Positions 13,601-26,700 of a stretch of DNA of 64,000 nt are shown piece after piece (the stretch's first letter is position 1; each line of letters starts with the position of its first letter). Below the pieces are notes generated by a model. That model saw nothing but the letters and a program-made list of their open reading frames with translations. It was not told where the DNA came from and did no database searches. Source of the stretch: Marsupella aquatica (Eukaryota; Plantae; Marchantiophyta). The stretch covers positions 2,595,324 through 2,659,323 of the forward strand of contig OZ316891.1 in NCBI GenBank assembly GCA_973895155.1, given 5' to 3'. Both the position numbers and the translations under genes were made by a program.

Positions 13601-16600
13601 TGACATTGAAAAAAAGACCACTAATTGCATACTTGTGCAGAGCCCAGACAATTAAACTAGTCAAATGTTCAGCCGAGAGAACTTTAAGGATGTGTATCAC
13701 CCCTCTACAGCCTTACCTAATAGATCCTGGTAGATCTTGAAAAGACCTCGTCTGACTACCTCCATGGGGAAATACAGCTTCACTTGGGTGAAGTCCACTT
13801 TGAGTTCAGACTCTTCCGCTTTGCAGATATAGTATCTTAGGTCAGCCATTGTGAATTCGTCACTTCCCTCCTCGGCTTTCTGAGAAAATGTCCAGCAAAC
13901 GTTTTATGCTTGTCATTGAAGAAACAGCCAAAGAGATTACTTCCTGAACTTGGCGAAAAGAAAGAATAAAGTCAACTAATCACAATCAGCACCTTCATTG
14001 CCTTCAGATTTCTCAGCTCTATTCTGGCCAGTCCTGACATCCTTTCTGATATACTTTCCAAAAACTCTTTCACCTGCGAGAGCCATAAAGCCGGTCAGAT
14101 CCTGACTTGAAACTTAAAGAAATCCCAGCAACAAAGCTCAAATAAAATATATGATATCCTTGTTCGAATTATATCTTCCTTGAGTTACAGACATAGAATT
14201 TCCAAATACCACTTCCTTACACCTTTTCAGGAGTCTTGGCCATGCGGATTGAAGTCGCATACTCTGCATAATTTTTGTAGCCAAGCAACTGAGCCATTGA
14301 ATGTCTCATTGCTACCTGCGATGTCACGTGACACCGTTTAGTTTTAATAATCCATGTGAGTTATGGCGAATGTGCCGATAGGTTTGAATAAAAGGCCCCA
14401 GCATGCTCGATCAACAAGAATATCAAGAAAAGCAAGAATGGGGGTTAAACGTGGAAGTTGAGACCTGCTACCATCTAAACTGAGCACAGTAATAGGATAG
14501 AAACTTGACCACGTCCTACAGGAGGGGACTAATATCAGTTGGCAATATACATACCACTTTCTCAAGAATTGGGACATTCTCCTTCATACATCTCTTGTCA
14601 TAGGCAGTGCCCACTACCCGCCTCGTGGCTCCGACCTGTATATGGCGCAAACGTCAGCAAAAAGTGGTTTGTCCACTCATATCTTCCCATTCTTAGTGAG
14701 ACAGTCTTACGAGGTTGTGCCATAACTTGACGTCAAAGTCAAAAACAAACCTTGCATCTCTCCATAATGGGGGCATAGTGAGGATACTTCAGACTAACTT
14801 CCAGCTTCCCATCTTTTCCCTTCTTCAGGCCCTGTGAGAATGAAAACAGATAAAGTTGTACAGAAGTTAAATTGAATTCTCCTCAGAGTTAATCCATAAA
14901 GACAATTATATCAATGTTCACCCATTTGTTGATGCTTATTGAGGTAAGATGAAGCTACAACACACGCGTTCGACAGTCCAGGACCATCAAATTAAGGAAG
15001 ACAAAATATCTGCCTTGAAAATTAGCATTCCAACCTTAATGAAATCAGCTGGAAGTCCTTCCAGTTCAGCTTCCGTGAAATACAACCGGAGATTCTCCTC
15101 CTCTAAGTTTTGCTGAAACATTCTGGAATGCTCTTCAATACTTGAGTTCAAAAAGTTTATTTCGGCCCTTGCTTCCTTGCCAAGATTTATGCCCAGACGC
15201 TCAAAATCTCTGATCTACAAGCATCGTGATTGCCCCTGGTTAGAACGAAGGATTGGTTACCGAACTAGATTATTACTGAAGAGAATACCGAGAAGTAAGA
15301 CGAGAAAGATTGTACGGAAACTTGCAGATTCTAGAAAAGGTAAATCTTACCAATCGGTTCACATAGCGTTCAGCTTCGGGCCCTAATGGCTCCTGCTTCT
15401 CTGCAAACGCTTTTACTGCAAGATACACGTCTTCCCGCATTCTGTTCAAACAGTAAATATTTGTCAATCACTGCTCAAATTTAGCACACACTGCACGTCA
15501 AGAGGGCACGAATCAACTTTGTAAGCAGAGATACAAACAAGTAGTGATAGTTAGTTCTATGCCATAGCCTTGAAGAGTAACAGATACAGAATAAACATTT
15601 ACATACAACACAACGTTCGCTTATTTCAAAAAGTCAAAGGAAAGAGCAATTTGTCATGCTGGAGTTCCCCCTATACTTCAATAAGTCGGTTGAAATCAAC
15701 ATCTTCGTTGAACAGACAGTTGACTAGATCTACTCTGAGGATAACACTTCTCAAATTGAGCTTGTGATTACATTCAATTGTCTAGACAAAATAAATGTTT
15801 TCCCGAGGGAAAGCTCTCCATCATAAGTGGCTGATTTACTTTTTCACTTTACAATGTCTGGGGTCGCACTTCAATTCCGAAGAGCACATCTGCAGAGTGG
15901 AGGTACTCAAAATCAAGAAAAAGGTAGAGGACTTCCTACTCATCTGGCTTCATTTCGTATCTCAATTTTCGTGGTCAAATACAAATAGCGCACTCACACA
16001 CCGGCCCATTTGGCTTGACTCTCCTCAACCAGGTGCATGGTACTGCCAAGCCTTGATCATCAAGGATATCCTAATGCTCTCTTCAATGTGAGATTCCCAC
16101 GGAGTACCCATTCGATCTTTATGGCTCAGTCACTAGAGCCACCCGTTTATTAGCATCACGTCTGCCGGTAACAAATACACTATCTCATCCACTCGTTGCC
16201 AAAGGTAGCCCCAAGTTAGATCTCGACAACGAGAAGAGAGTTCAGGATTTCTGAGCAAGCAATCGGAGCAAACCTGCATCTCGCAATTTGGGTTTCAATC
16301 CTCTTTTCAGCCTCAGCACTGGCTTCACGCACATCTTTTGATGCGGCAACTAAACGAGGAAATACACACTCTTGAATCTTAGGGAATTCCTCTGCTTCTA
16401 GATTTGCCAGTGGAGCAATGACATTCTCATATGTTACCTGCGAAAAAATGAAGTTGTCTGTGAACCAAGTCATCAGATTATGACGCAGGATTTCAAAGAA
16501 TGCGCTGCCGGGCTGTCTCTTAAATCATCCAGGACTGCAGCAGCGATATGAGTCAAAGCAATTGATTGTAGACTGATTGTCATACCTCCTCCAAAGGCAC

Positions 16601-16948
16601 TGCTGAGACATTGTCACATACTTGCTTTGATAACGCAACCACGTCATCAGCTTGCTTAAGAATCTCTGAAGGACTCAAATCAAATCGAATCTGGATACCA
16701 GTGACATCTGCAACCAAAGGAGATGATTGAGATCCAAAGCCATTCATTTTGGTGCAACGAGGGAACAAATGAGGGCGTCACTGTGGAATTTACACCTAAA
16801 CTATGAGACACTACAGCTTACCGCTTCCAGCATCAGGGCTCCTTGGTTGGGGGTCACGACGGCCACTTAGAAAAAGCTGAGAAATCAAAACCACCCCAGC
16901 AGCAGCAGCTGCTGCTCCAGCCCATATCACAACTCCAGACTCCTTCAT
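10683..16948 (-). CDS. Thimet oligopeptidase-like M3 zinc metallopeptidase (multi-exon), with hydrophobic N-terminus
   Basis: ATG at 16948 ([25 protein letters not shown]). Spliced exons give [41 protein letters not shown] (HExxH, ~12836-12850), [34 protein letters not shown] and [18 protein letters not shown] (stop 10683-10685). The introns I checked are GT-AG. Confidence 0.95.
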
Positions 16949-17769
16949 CTCCGATCAGCCACTTCACATTCAAAGAAGTGAATGGCCTTGTAAACTTGAA
17001 TTGCCAGCTACTGCTGCTGCTCCCTACATATCATGTGCGTCCACAACACATGACCAAATCCAAGTACAGCTCGTAATTCATTCTTTGGTGCTCAATCCCG
17101 TTGCTCCCTAATTCACCAGGGATGATGTACCATCGGTATTTGCTCACACCTCCCTGCACGTTATACCCAGCAAAATGTTGTTCATCAAATATCTAAAACC
17201 CTTCCGAATTTACTGTCTCGCCCTGCAGTACTACCCCTTTGCCCTAAACTCTTGTCTATGAGACGTTGAACGTTTGGCTTGAATTGGGTTGGGTGGGAAA
17301 CACCGAATGCTGAAGGGAATGCCTACCTGGGAGGCGCTGTGGCAATCAGAGCCTGAAAACGAGATATCATTGTGGAGCGTGTCCGTAAAATGACAAACCA
17401 GATTCACTTAAGACGGGCAAACCTCAAGAAGGGCGGCTGCTTCGTAAAAGTACAGCGCCGGATGAGCAAAAGATTGGAGGGAGCCACTTCAGAATGATAT
17501 AGATCGGTCCCGCATTTCATCAGATTCACTTGAGATGAGCAAGCCTCAAAGAGGACGGCTGCTTCATAATTATACGTACTGTGCCTGATGAGCAAGATTT
17601 AAGAGAGCCACTTCAGAATAATGTGCTGTACCTCGGTCCCGCATTTGCTGTCCTGCTGCAGTTAACCATTGTTTCCCAAGCTCCCTCGATGGCTCATCGT
17701 GATTGCATAATGGGCACCAATTTGAAACAACCACGTTGGGAGAGAAAACTATCTCCTAGTGAGACTCAA

Positions 17770-18290
17770 ACTATAGCACTAATAAGCAGAGTTTTATGGG
17801 CTGAAACTTTTTAGACATAAGATTTTTATGGGGCTTGTATTTAGGTAGGGCGAGTCAAACTACTAATAAGCAGAGTTGTGTTATGGGGCTTGTATTTAGG
17901 TAGGGCGAGTCAAGCTATAGCACTAATAAGCAGAGTTTTATGGGCTGAAACTTTTTAGACATAGATTTTTATGGGGCTTGTATTTAGGTAGGGCAAGTGA
18001 AACTATAGCACTACTAAGCAGAGTTTTGTTACGGGGCTTGTATTTAGGTAGGGCAAGTGAAACTATAGCACTACTAAGCAGAGTTTTGTTACGGGGCTTG
18101 TATTTAGGTAAGGCGAGTCAAACTATAGCACTAATAAGCAGAGTTTTATGGGCTGAAAGTTTTTAGACATAAGATTTATATGGGCTTGTATTTAGGTAGC
18201 CCCTAACTCCTTGCTTCCTGGCCATAAAAACATTTTAGACATGAGATTTTATGGGGCTTGTATTTAGGTAGCCCCTAACTCAGACCATAA
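17770..18290. repeat. Composite tandem array (GGGGCTTGTATTTAGGTAGGGC...ACTATAGCACTAATAAGCAGAGTTTT modules, 60-bp core)
   Basis: Repeated modules visible directly; an exact 60-bp period is seen at 17983-18102. Confidence 0.9.
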
Positions 18291-18650
18291 AACATTTATG
18301 GACTTGGCCCTGCCTCAGTCATGGTGTTGTTTGGACACACCCTACTGGAGCCCAGTACATGTTATAGTGAGTTTAAGCTACTTGTAAGATGACGTCCTGG
18401 AGAGAATATTAAGGGTGATATGCCATGAGTTAGGCCACAATTAAGGGTGCCCATTTAGGGCCGTGCACTCTATTCATGGATGAAACACCAGGCGAGACAC
18501 GGAGCAGCACTGCCCAAGGTGAGCAAAAAAGAGTCACCCTGAGTTCTTTGCCAGCCTGTGTTTTATTTTCTGCACTGTTGTGTGTAGGCAGATGTAGAAT
18601 GTTGCCATGGGAAATGGAAGTGAACTAAAGTCACCATACCTTGATATAGC

Positions 18651-18858
18651 ATGTTCATTCTATTACATGCCTATTTTGACTTATCTAAAATTATTGAAAT
18701 GGGTAGACATTTTAACTTAACTAGTTTATAAAAAACAAGTATTGAAGAATAATTATGTTCATTCTATTACATGTCTATTTTGACTTATCTAAAATTATTG
18801 AAATGGGTAGACATTTTAACTTAACCAGTTTATAAAAAACAAGTATTGAAGAATAATT
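18651..18858. repeat. 104-bp tandem duplication
   Basis: ATGTTCATTCTATTACATG... starts at 18651 and again at 18755; the copies are near identical. Confidence 0.9.
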
Positions 18859-20192
18859 ATAAGAAAGTTAATGCACATATTTTTAAAAATTAGAAAAGTA
18901 TAATATTTGAAGACATGTGCATTAATTTCAAGGTATTAGTCAATGTACTTGTATAAATAGAGCAGCACTTTATGATTCAATTCAAAGAGAAGAGTGTGAA
19001 TTACTAAACTTTGTTTTCTAAAACTTTTGCCTCTATTTGGGGCTCTCTATTTAGGTGACACTTGTTCATCAATAAACCATGAATAATGTAAATTCTATAA
19101 CTAATCTTATTTATAAATCTGCAACTATAAACTAGAGTTGGGGCCTACGCTTCTGGAGTGAAACCTCTAGACCATAACTCCATGGTTCATCATGTGGAAT
19201 GATGAGAAAACTGATGTCTATGATGTATGTCATGTCAAACGATAATCATGGTTGCTTTTTGTTATGATTTCTATTTATATTAAAAACTGATCTCTATGGC
19301 CCTACCATATTATATGTACATAAGTGGGATGTAGGATAGACAAACTAGGGATGTGCATAGAAAAGAGTATTATGGTATGTTATGTCTAATTATTAAAATG
19401 ATGATATGCATGATAATTTTTTTATCATTTCATTAACCTTCAAAATATGTGAATAAAGAATATATTTTGATGACATTTTTATTGTCCTCCCCGCTATTCA
19501 CGTTCAAAGAACGGGTAGTCGAGGCTAGTGGCATATAAGGTGCACTCATCAATGAATAGTGTACTAGTTGCTTGGTTGAAGGGTCAAACCTTCTCTCATG
19601 CAGGTAAAAAAATATGCCCCTCAAAATGCTAAGAAAAATAGGAGGAGACCTACTACAAATGAAGGACATTAAAAAAGTTAAAGGGGCTGCCAAAAATGAC
19701 TAACTTCTAAATAATACATAGCTAAAGCATAGACTAGGCCAAATGAACATAAAAATACATTTCAATCAAACTGAATGAGACAAGATAGACAAAGAGTGTC
19801 CCGCCTTATAGCAGCCTCAAATTTTGGTATTACATTAAGGCATTTCTCATACAAATGTATTCTCGAGTATTTTTGGACCCCTCTAGTCAAAAAAACAATT
19901 CTTGTTCATCTTAATTTATTTTTCCCCTCTAAAAAACATTAAAGTTTGCATTCTACCCCAGAATAAGCAATGTTTGAAAAACATTTGAAGACAGCAACTG
20001 CAAAGTAATGATTATTTGTTGCACAAAACTTTCATGGCAATCATTAAAAAATAGCAATAGTGTCACATGTCAAATTTGTACACAATAACACACTTATGAA
20101 TCCACCCAGAAAAAATAATGTCCGAAAATAATTTGAAGATAATAACTACAAAATAATGACTGTTCATTGCAAAACTTTCATGGTAGTCCTTA

Positions 20193-20388
20193 AAAAATAG
20201 TAACACTGTCACATATCAAATTTGTGCACAATTACACACTTATGAATCCACAAAGTTAAAAATAGTAACACTATCACATATCAAATCTGTGCACAATTAC
20301 ACACTTATGAATCCACAAAGTTAAAAATAGTAACACTATCACATATCAAATTTGTGCACAATTACACACTTATGAATCCACAAAGTTA
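20193..20388. repeat. 65-bp tandem repeat, ~3 copies (older related copy at ~20046-20105)
   Basis: GCACAATTACACACTTATGAATCCACAAAGTT recurs at 20226, 20291 and 20356. Confidence 0.9.
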
Positions 20389-20862
20389 TCCACAAAGTTC
20401 TATAGTTTCATGAATCCAGAAAATTAAACAAAGTTCTTGTGAATGAGATCTATTTATATTTATCAAGGTAAAAAATCAAAGGACTCTGGTGGGGAATTGA
20501 ACCCCAAACTGTATGTATATACAATACTCCAAGCAGAGTAACCCCCCCTCTCTTCTTTCCTTCCCATTCACTTCACACACACACACAAATTATACATTGA
20601 ATATATTTATTTATCTACATTGAATATATTTATTTATTCTCTCACTCTCATCTATAAACTTACCCTATCATAAACATTAAATAAAAGAACATTAAGTAAA
20701 AGATGATAGATACTTCCTGTATTACTTACTTGACACTCAGTTTTAGCCATCTCCATTGCATCCACTTACAGAGGATCTTGGCTTAGTCTTGACCTTGACA
20801 AGGCTCTTTCTTAAGAGTGTTGTGCAGCCTTTAAATTTGATCCTTTATCTGCATCAATATAA

Positions 20863-21995
20863 TTACACTTGTGCAGGTTCTATCTCTTCATCATCAGACA
20901 ACACAATTATGTGTGCATTTGTCATCTTCTCCTTTACTTTCTTAGACCCTAAAGAATGCTCTACAGCCAATACATCAATAGTCTCCAAATAATTATAGTT
21001 CGGAAATGGCTGCTTGTTTGCCAATGATACAAATTTTCCCAATGAATCATCAAATGTCAATCCCTTCTCAAGGACCCTGGTTTCTACAAACATATCATCA
21101 AAACGAACAGATTTTGGTTTCACCTTTGACTTCTTGAGAGAACTCTTTGTTGGAGATCCTTCGATCACTATGCTAAATTTATTTACACCATCATCAACTG
21201 ACTCAGAATAATACCTACCAAAACCACCAGTCCAAGCTTTTCTAACAAAAACTTCTTCAACATCAGCTCTGCATACATTGATAGGATCAATAATACATTT
21301 CCAAAGACAAATCATCCTCTTACAATCCATTCTTTGTCCACTTAAGGAATAATTCAGCTTGCAGCAGGCATGAAGATTCCAGATTTCACCATCTCTGTTA
21401 ATGTTGAAATGAATGTTGCATGCAAAGGTCTCTATGACGTGTATTTGTGTCATACATAAATTCTATCAATTACATTCTTGTTTGTGAGAATTACTCTCGA
21501 CTTCAAATCTGCTATGCCAAAAATAGAATGTAACTATTTTCCTACAATCACTTCTTCATCAATAATGTTAAACAATGTTTGCTCAAAATGGGTAGCTCCT
21601 AAATCTTTCAAACAATAATCAATCATTCCTTTCCACGTATGTAATTGTCTATTAGTCAAACATTTACACATAACTTTACCAATAGGATTCATATTGTTCA
21701 CCCCATGCCAACCCATATATTTTCTTACAAGAAAACCAAAGGACCTGGCGGATTTTGTCTTTGCTCTCACAACCATCTGAAAATGGAGATGATTCTCCAA
21801 TTCACCCCTCTCAAGCCCAATCACACCTGCCACACAATGATCAAGCATGAGACTATGGAGCTTGTGAATCTCATCTTTATAAACATCAGAACCCAAGTAT
21901 CCCACAGTGATACTCAATTCAAAAACACTATCAACCAATGAAGCTTCTTCCTTATCCTGCATAGGAAGTCTTGCTTTTCGCTTTAAAGAAGCCAT
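20863..21995 (-). pseudogene. Replitron-type HUH endonuclease (Rep, single catalytic Tyr), disrupted
   Basis: Motif I SITVG, motif II ERG..ENHLHFQ (21777-21791) and motif III YCLKD (21603-21617). The frame continues through stops at 21534, 21450, 21432 and 21354 (K*LHSIFGIADLKSRVILTNKNVIDRIYV*HKYTS*RPLHATFISTLTEMVKSGIFMPAAS*IIP). A 1-bp frameshift then leads into SGQRMDCKRMICLWKCIIDP...VEEVF. No helicase motifs are visible. Confidence 0.85.
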
Positions 21996-22459
21996 GTTAA
22001 TTTTGCACAAAGTTCTCTAGACTCTCAAAACTACTTTTGTGAATCTATATTACAACTACAAGAATTCAGTTCAAAAAGATAAGTTGGATAAGTGTCAACT
22101 ATTTTTACTATAAAAAAAGTTTTTTCTTTTGACTCTACCACTGTTTCGTCTTGCCCTATATTCTCAGTTGCATGCAAAATCCAACAAGCAATTTCTCTTC
22201 ACCTAACCTGCACACCAGAAAACAAAATTCAATATCCCTAACATAATGTGGTGACTCTTTCTTTATGTTTTCAAGAATTACTTGGACTAAATCCTCGGGT
22301 GTGTAAGGAATGATATTGTTGTCTACTCCTAGTTGTGATTTGCTGGACATTAGTACAAGCAAAATAGAGTAATCTTCCTAGAAACACAAGGCACAAGAGA
22401 CAAAGAGCAAACACAAGGGACACAGGGCAAACACAGGTTAACCAATGTTAGAGACCTTG

Positions 22460-23070
22460 AACTGTTAGTTTCAAGGGTCGTTAGTGAATAATATGAGTTC
22501 ATAGGATGTTAATAATCTTGACAGACTCAAATTGTTAGTACGAGTCTTGACAGACTTGAAGACGGTTAGTAAGTATCCTGGATAGACTCAAACTGTTAGT
22601 AATCTTGACAAACTCAAAGACGATTAATAAGTATCTTGGATAGACTCAAACTGTTAGTAATCTTGACAAACTCAAAGACTGTTAGTAAGTAGTCTGGATA
22701 GACTCAAATTGTTAGTAACCTTGGCAGACTCAATGTTAGTAAATGACCTTGACATATTCAATGTTAGTACATAATCCTAACTAATTCACATTAGAAACAC
22801 CCAAGGGCTGTTAGTAAATAATCTTCATCCACTCCAGACTCCTAGTAAAAATCCTTGACAGATTCAATGTTAATAAATAATCTTGGCAAACTCAAACTGT
22901 TAGTAGATAATCTTGACTATCTGACTATTAGAGACATGAGGACTGTTAGTGAAACAGAGAACCCAAACACTATTAGAAAAAAGACTCAAATACAATGACC
23001 GAGAACCAAGACTTGTAAAATGCAACACAATGTTAGAGACCACCTCCATTGACCCAAGTATCTGTTAGAA
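22460..23070. repeat. Degenerate ~28-31-bp tandem array (ACTGTTAGTAATCTTGACAGACTCAA)
   Basis: Roughly twenty TGTTAG(T)-containing units seen directly, upstream of the HUH ORF. Confidence 0.85.
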
Positions 23071-23498
23071 CTATCTGACAAGGGACTGAAGAGACCTGGA
23101 CCAAACACTATTACACACTGGAGCGAGAACAAGATCAAGAGTTGAGAGAGCTCAAGGGAAGGCAAAGACAATGCTTCTCAAAGACTGAAGAACTGAATGG
23201 ACAGATGCAATGGAGTTTGCTTAAGTAGCAGTGATCAGGTTTTGTCTCCTCCCAGATTAAAGATTGAGGTTTTTGTTGTCACTCAACTAAACCTTTAACC
23301 TAGAGACGTACCAGAAAAATAATTGATCACCTAAGTGAAACGTTAAGTGAAAGGTATTGTATATTTTCAAATCTCCAAGATACATGGAAGCTGTCATCAA
23401 ACAACACACATTCCAGCTTATGTACAGGAGCTTGTGCCATATAGCAGCCTCAAAAAAATCCTATAACTTGAGTATTCACATTCATAGCTGATTGTGTA

Positions 23499-23743
23499 CT
23501 CGGGGGGGTCACTTCCATGGAAGTGGCATATCATATGCGATGAAGTATAAGGCTATTTAAATGGTTTTGGCAGAAGACTTATTAAGTCTTCTATGGAAAT
23601 ATAGGGTTGTTTAATTGCAAAATGCATACATGTCATCACATAATTGGTGTCGTACAACTTTCTAGAAAGTGACTTAGGGGGGTCATAAATGACCCAAACC
23701 ATCGCACGTGATATATGACCCTTCATATAGTGACCCCCCCGAG
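23499..23743. mobile_element. MITE family A, copy 2 (CTCGGGGG termini, 8-bp TSD)
   Basis: Perfect TIR CTCGGGGGGGTCACT...AGTGACCCCCCCGAG. 8-bp TSD ATTGTGTA (23491-23498 and 23744-23751). Confidence 0.9.
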
Positions 23744-26700
23744 ATTGTGTAAAGTTGTAAGAGTGAGGTCACGGTTAGTATTGGCCCTTAAGACTTTATA
23801 CAGGTCTGTCGTATTAAGGGTAACTCATCCTGCCAACTCATTGGTGGAAGACTACAGTAGTAAATGTATTAAGCAACTCATGTTTTAAATTATCTTGCAA
23901 CTTCAAATACATACCAAGCTTTTACCAATTGCAATGAGCTAATTCTGGGTTCAATGAGTTAGAGCCCGTAGAGTCTTTCAGTTGAAGGATTGGTGTCAGC
24001 GCCTTCAATATAAACTAGTCATTGACCTCATTTACAAGTAGCTTAATCTCCCTGGTTGCAACCAAAGAATATCTTTTTGATTAGGAAGAGGGACAGTGAT
24101 TGGGGGTTCAAGATATCTTGGCAAGTCAGAAGTAAATACTAACAGATATGTTAAGAATACCCATGTCATGTACACCAAGCAAACTGAGAAATTCCAAGTA
24201 CAACTGATCTTAGCAAGGAGGTCTAGAAACCTATTCTTAGTTCTTGTAGGAATCTAACTAAGTGATTGCAACTAAGGCCTAGAGTGAAGCCTCTAGACCA
24301 CTACTTTGGGAAGATTTGGTACATGATAATCAATCAATTTTGAAACTTGGACAAACATTTAAACTCAATTGTTGTTGTCTATTGGGTCCTGCCATTCAAT
24401 GTCGCCTGTTGCACACAAAACAAAGAGTGTATGTCTTCACACTTTTGAATGCTACCTACAAACAAGAGAGGCACAAGAAGATATGAGCTATTATTGTCCC
24501 ATTGCTGCTTCCAACTCTCATTAGATTCAATGTACCCATCTTGTGAGGAAGAGTCATTCTCCTTGTTCCTCTGGTCACCAACACTATCCCTTGTACAACT
24601 CCTTGGCCTTCTCCAATGTTTTTCAGAATTGGTTCTAGAGATTTCGAGATTTTTTGCAACTTGAAAGCATCTGATAAATTTAGAAACATCATTTCAAACT
24701 TTGCCCACTTTGATTCAAAGGAGTTGGCAATTTGCACCTTGGTCCCTCATGGCTTGTTGTAGAGTCTCCAATTTGCTTCCAAATGTTGTCCTTCATTTGG
24801 CCCAAACCAACGCAAAGATCTTTAGATATTTTCAAGTAGCTATAGCACAAGTGCTTCAATTCAGGACCACTGAGAATTTTTCAGGTGCTGCCATGTGTAG
24901 AAAGCCTCGTCAAGTGCATGGTGCTTGTCTTGCATGGGCAAAGCTTTGGCACATTCAAAATGGGACCACAAGCTTTGCCACAGTACTGTAGAATTGTATA
25001 GTGTGACCTCAAAGCTCGAGTACAAACCTCAAAACACACCTATCTTAAAGCGCATATTTCTGTTTCCTACAAATTGTTGGTAGCAGAGGCACGGGAGGGG
25101 ATTCCAAATCACACCAGATGCAAACATGTGACAACCTGCCCGATGTTGATTAGTTTTGCCAGGGCTCAAGCATGAAAAACTGGTTTTGTATGGGTTTGGA
25201 TGTGATTTCCAAATGCAAACATGTGGTGTGTGTAGTGTTTTGTCACCTGGCTAAATCATGTCGGTTCCACATTGCTATGGATGCATGTCGATAATTTTAT
25301 ATCAAAATGTGACAATATATAGTGTACTATATCACTCCATCAAACACTATAATATTGAATCAAACCATTTTTCTTCCTTTGTCCAATTATGAAATGCAAT
25401 CTAGAAGGCATAAGTCACCACATTTCTCTTGCACTCTATATTTTGAGTGCCATTGGATTCAAGAAAAGTGGTTTACAACAGGTAGAGGGATGAGAATGTG
25501 AGGATGGACTCCAATGGGATGGGGATGTTTGGATGGTTGTCAATCATGTGTACGGTGGAACGAGGAGGGAGTGCAAGTGCTTGATAAATGACAAAGGGGA
25601 TCAAGGAGGAGGGCATGTGTGCTGGCAATGGGGTACTAAGCGGAGTGAACAAAAAGGTGTGATGTACACGTTGGAGTACAAAGACATGTCTACACAAAAA
25701 ATGGTACAAAGTGAAGGGAGGGGAGAGCAAAAATACACAGTGGATACTAAGGCGTGTCCTATACAAAGCAAAGGAAGGGGTCAAGAAATGGAACGTGAAA
25801 GATCCTAGGAGTGAGAGTGAGGTCACAATTATTTTCTTTTCATGATTTCTAGTTTGTCTTTGAAGGAAATTGAAATGATAAATTTAATTCCTTAAGATGA
25901 GGAGGAGACTAATATATCCCAAGGCCACATATAAACTTTCTAAATATGTTTTTTTGGCTATGAATGATTTTTCTCGTTTGTAGTTATCTTTAATAGAGGG
26001 GCGCGGGGAGCGAGGGGGGGGCGCTGCTATCCTTTTCGGCTTTATTTTTGGGAGAGTAGTTTTTTGGGGATTGGTTGTTGTGTTGTGAAGAAAGGGGGGG
26101 AGAGGTGCAGGGGAGGGATTATGTATCTTGCCCTGCATCTTGGCTTAAATTTCTTCCTTTTGATTGCCCCCAATCTTGCATATATTTTTCTTAGCTTTTC
26201 CAAGGTTTTTCCTTCTCTGTGGTCTTGTCTTTTCTCAACATCTTTTTTGCATAAAATCTTTTCCACTCGACATCCTTTTTGCTTGACAGAATTTTTGTTT
26301 GACATCTTCCCACCCAATAACTTTTTTGCTCTCTATCTTTTCCGAGATGGATATATTTCCTTTTGGCATCTCATCTTACAATTTTGTGCATCCCACAGGC
26401 ATTGGGCTATCCAACACTAATAGACAATCCCTTAAAATGGGGGATGATCCCTTTACAAACAGGAAAAAAGAAGAGAGAAAATCCTAACTGTTCACAAACT
26501 ATGAATTTTGGGCACTATCTCACCTACCTGCCTAGACTACCCACAATTACATTGACTTCAAATGATGGACTTCCTTTCTGTCACTAGGAGTTTTTTAACC
26601 CTAAACTCAAAAAGCATTATGGTCAGTAATGTGTAGGATAACCCATCTCCAAGAGGGGTAATGGGATGTAATCCCAGTGGGAGTTGAGCCCCAGAGGGTT

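Larger units (their letters stand above)
19807..23454 (-). mobile_element. Putative Replitron (HUH/Rep transposon); boundaries tentative
   Basis: Contains a decayed Y1 HUH ORF. Delimited by the 15-bp direct repeat TATAGCAGCCTCAAA (19807-19821 and 23440-23454). Tandem arrays lie on both sides of the ORF. Confidence 0.6.

Noticed and set aside
22460-23070. Regularly spaced repeats resembling a CRISPR array
   Set aside because: Eukaryotic context, no unique spacers and no cas genes; this is a degenerate minisatellite.
24456-24991. Coiled-coil-like ORF fragments, possibly LINE ORF1 or gag
   Set aside because: Short, interrupted and without recognisable motifs.
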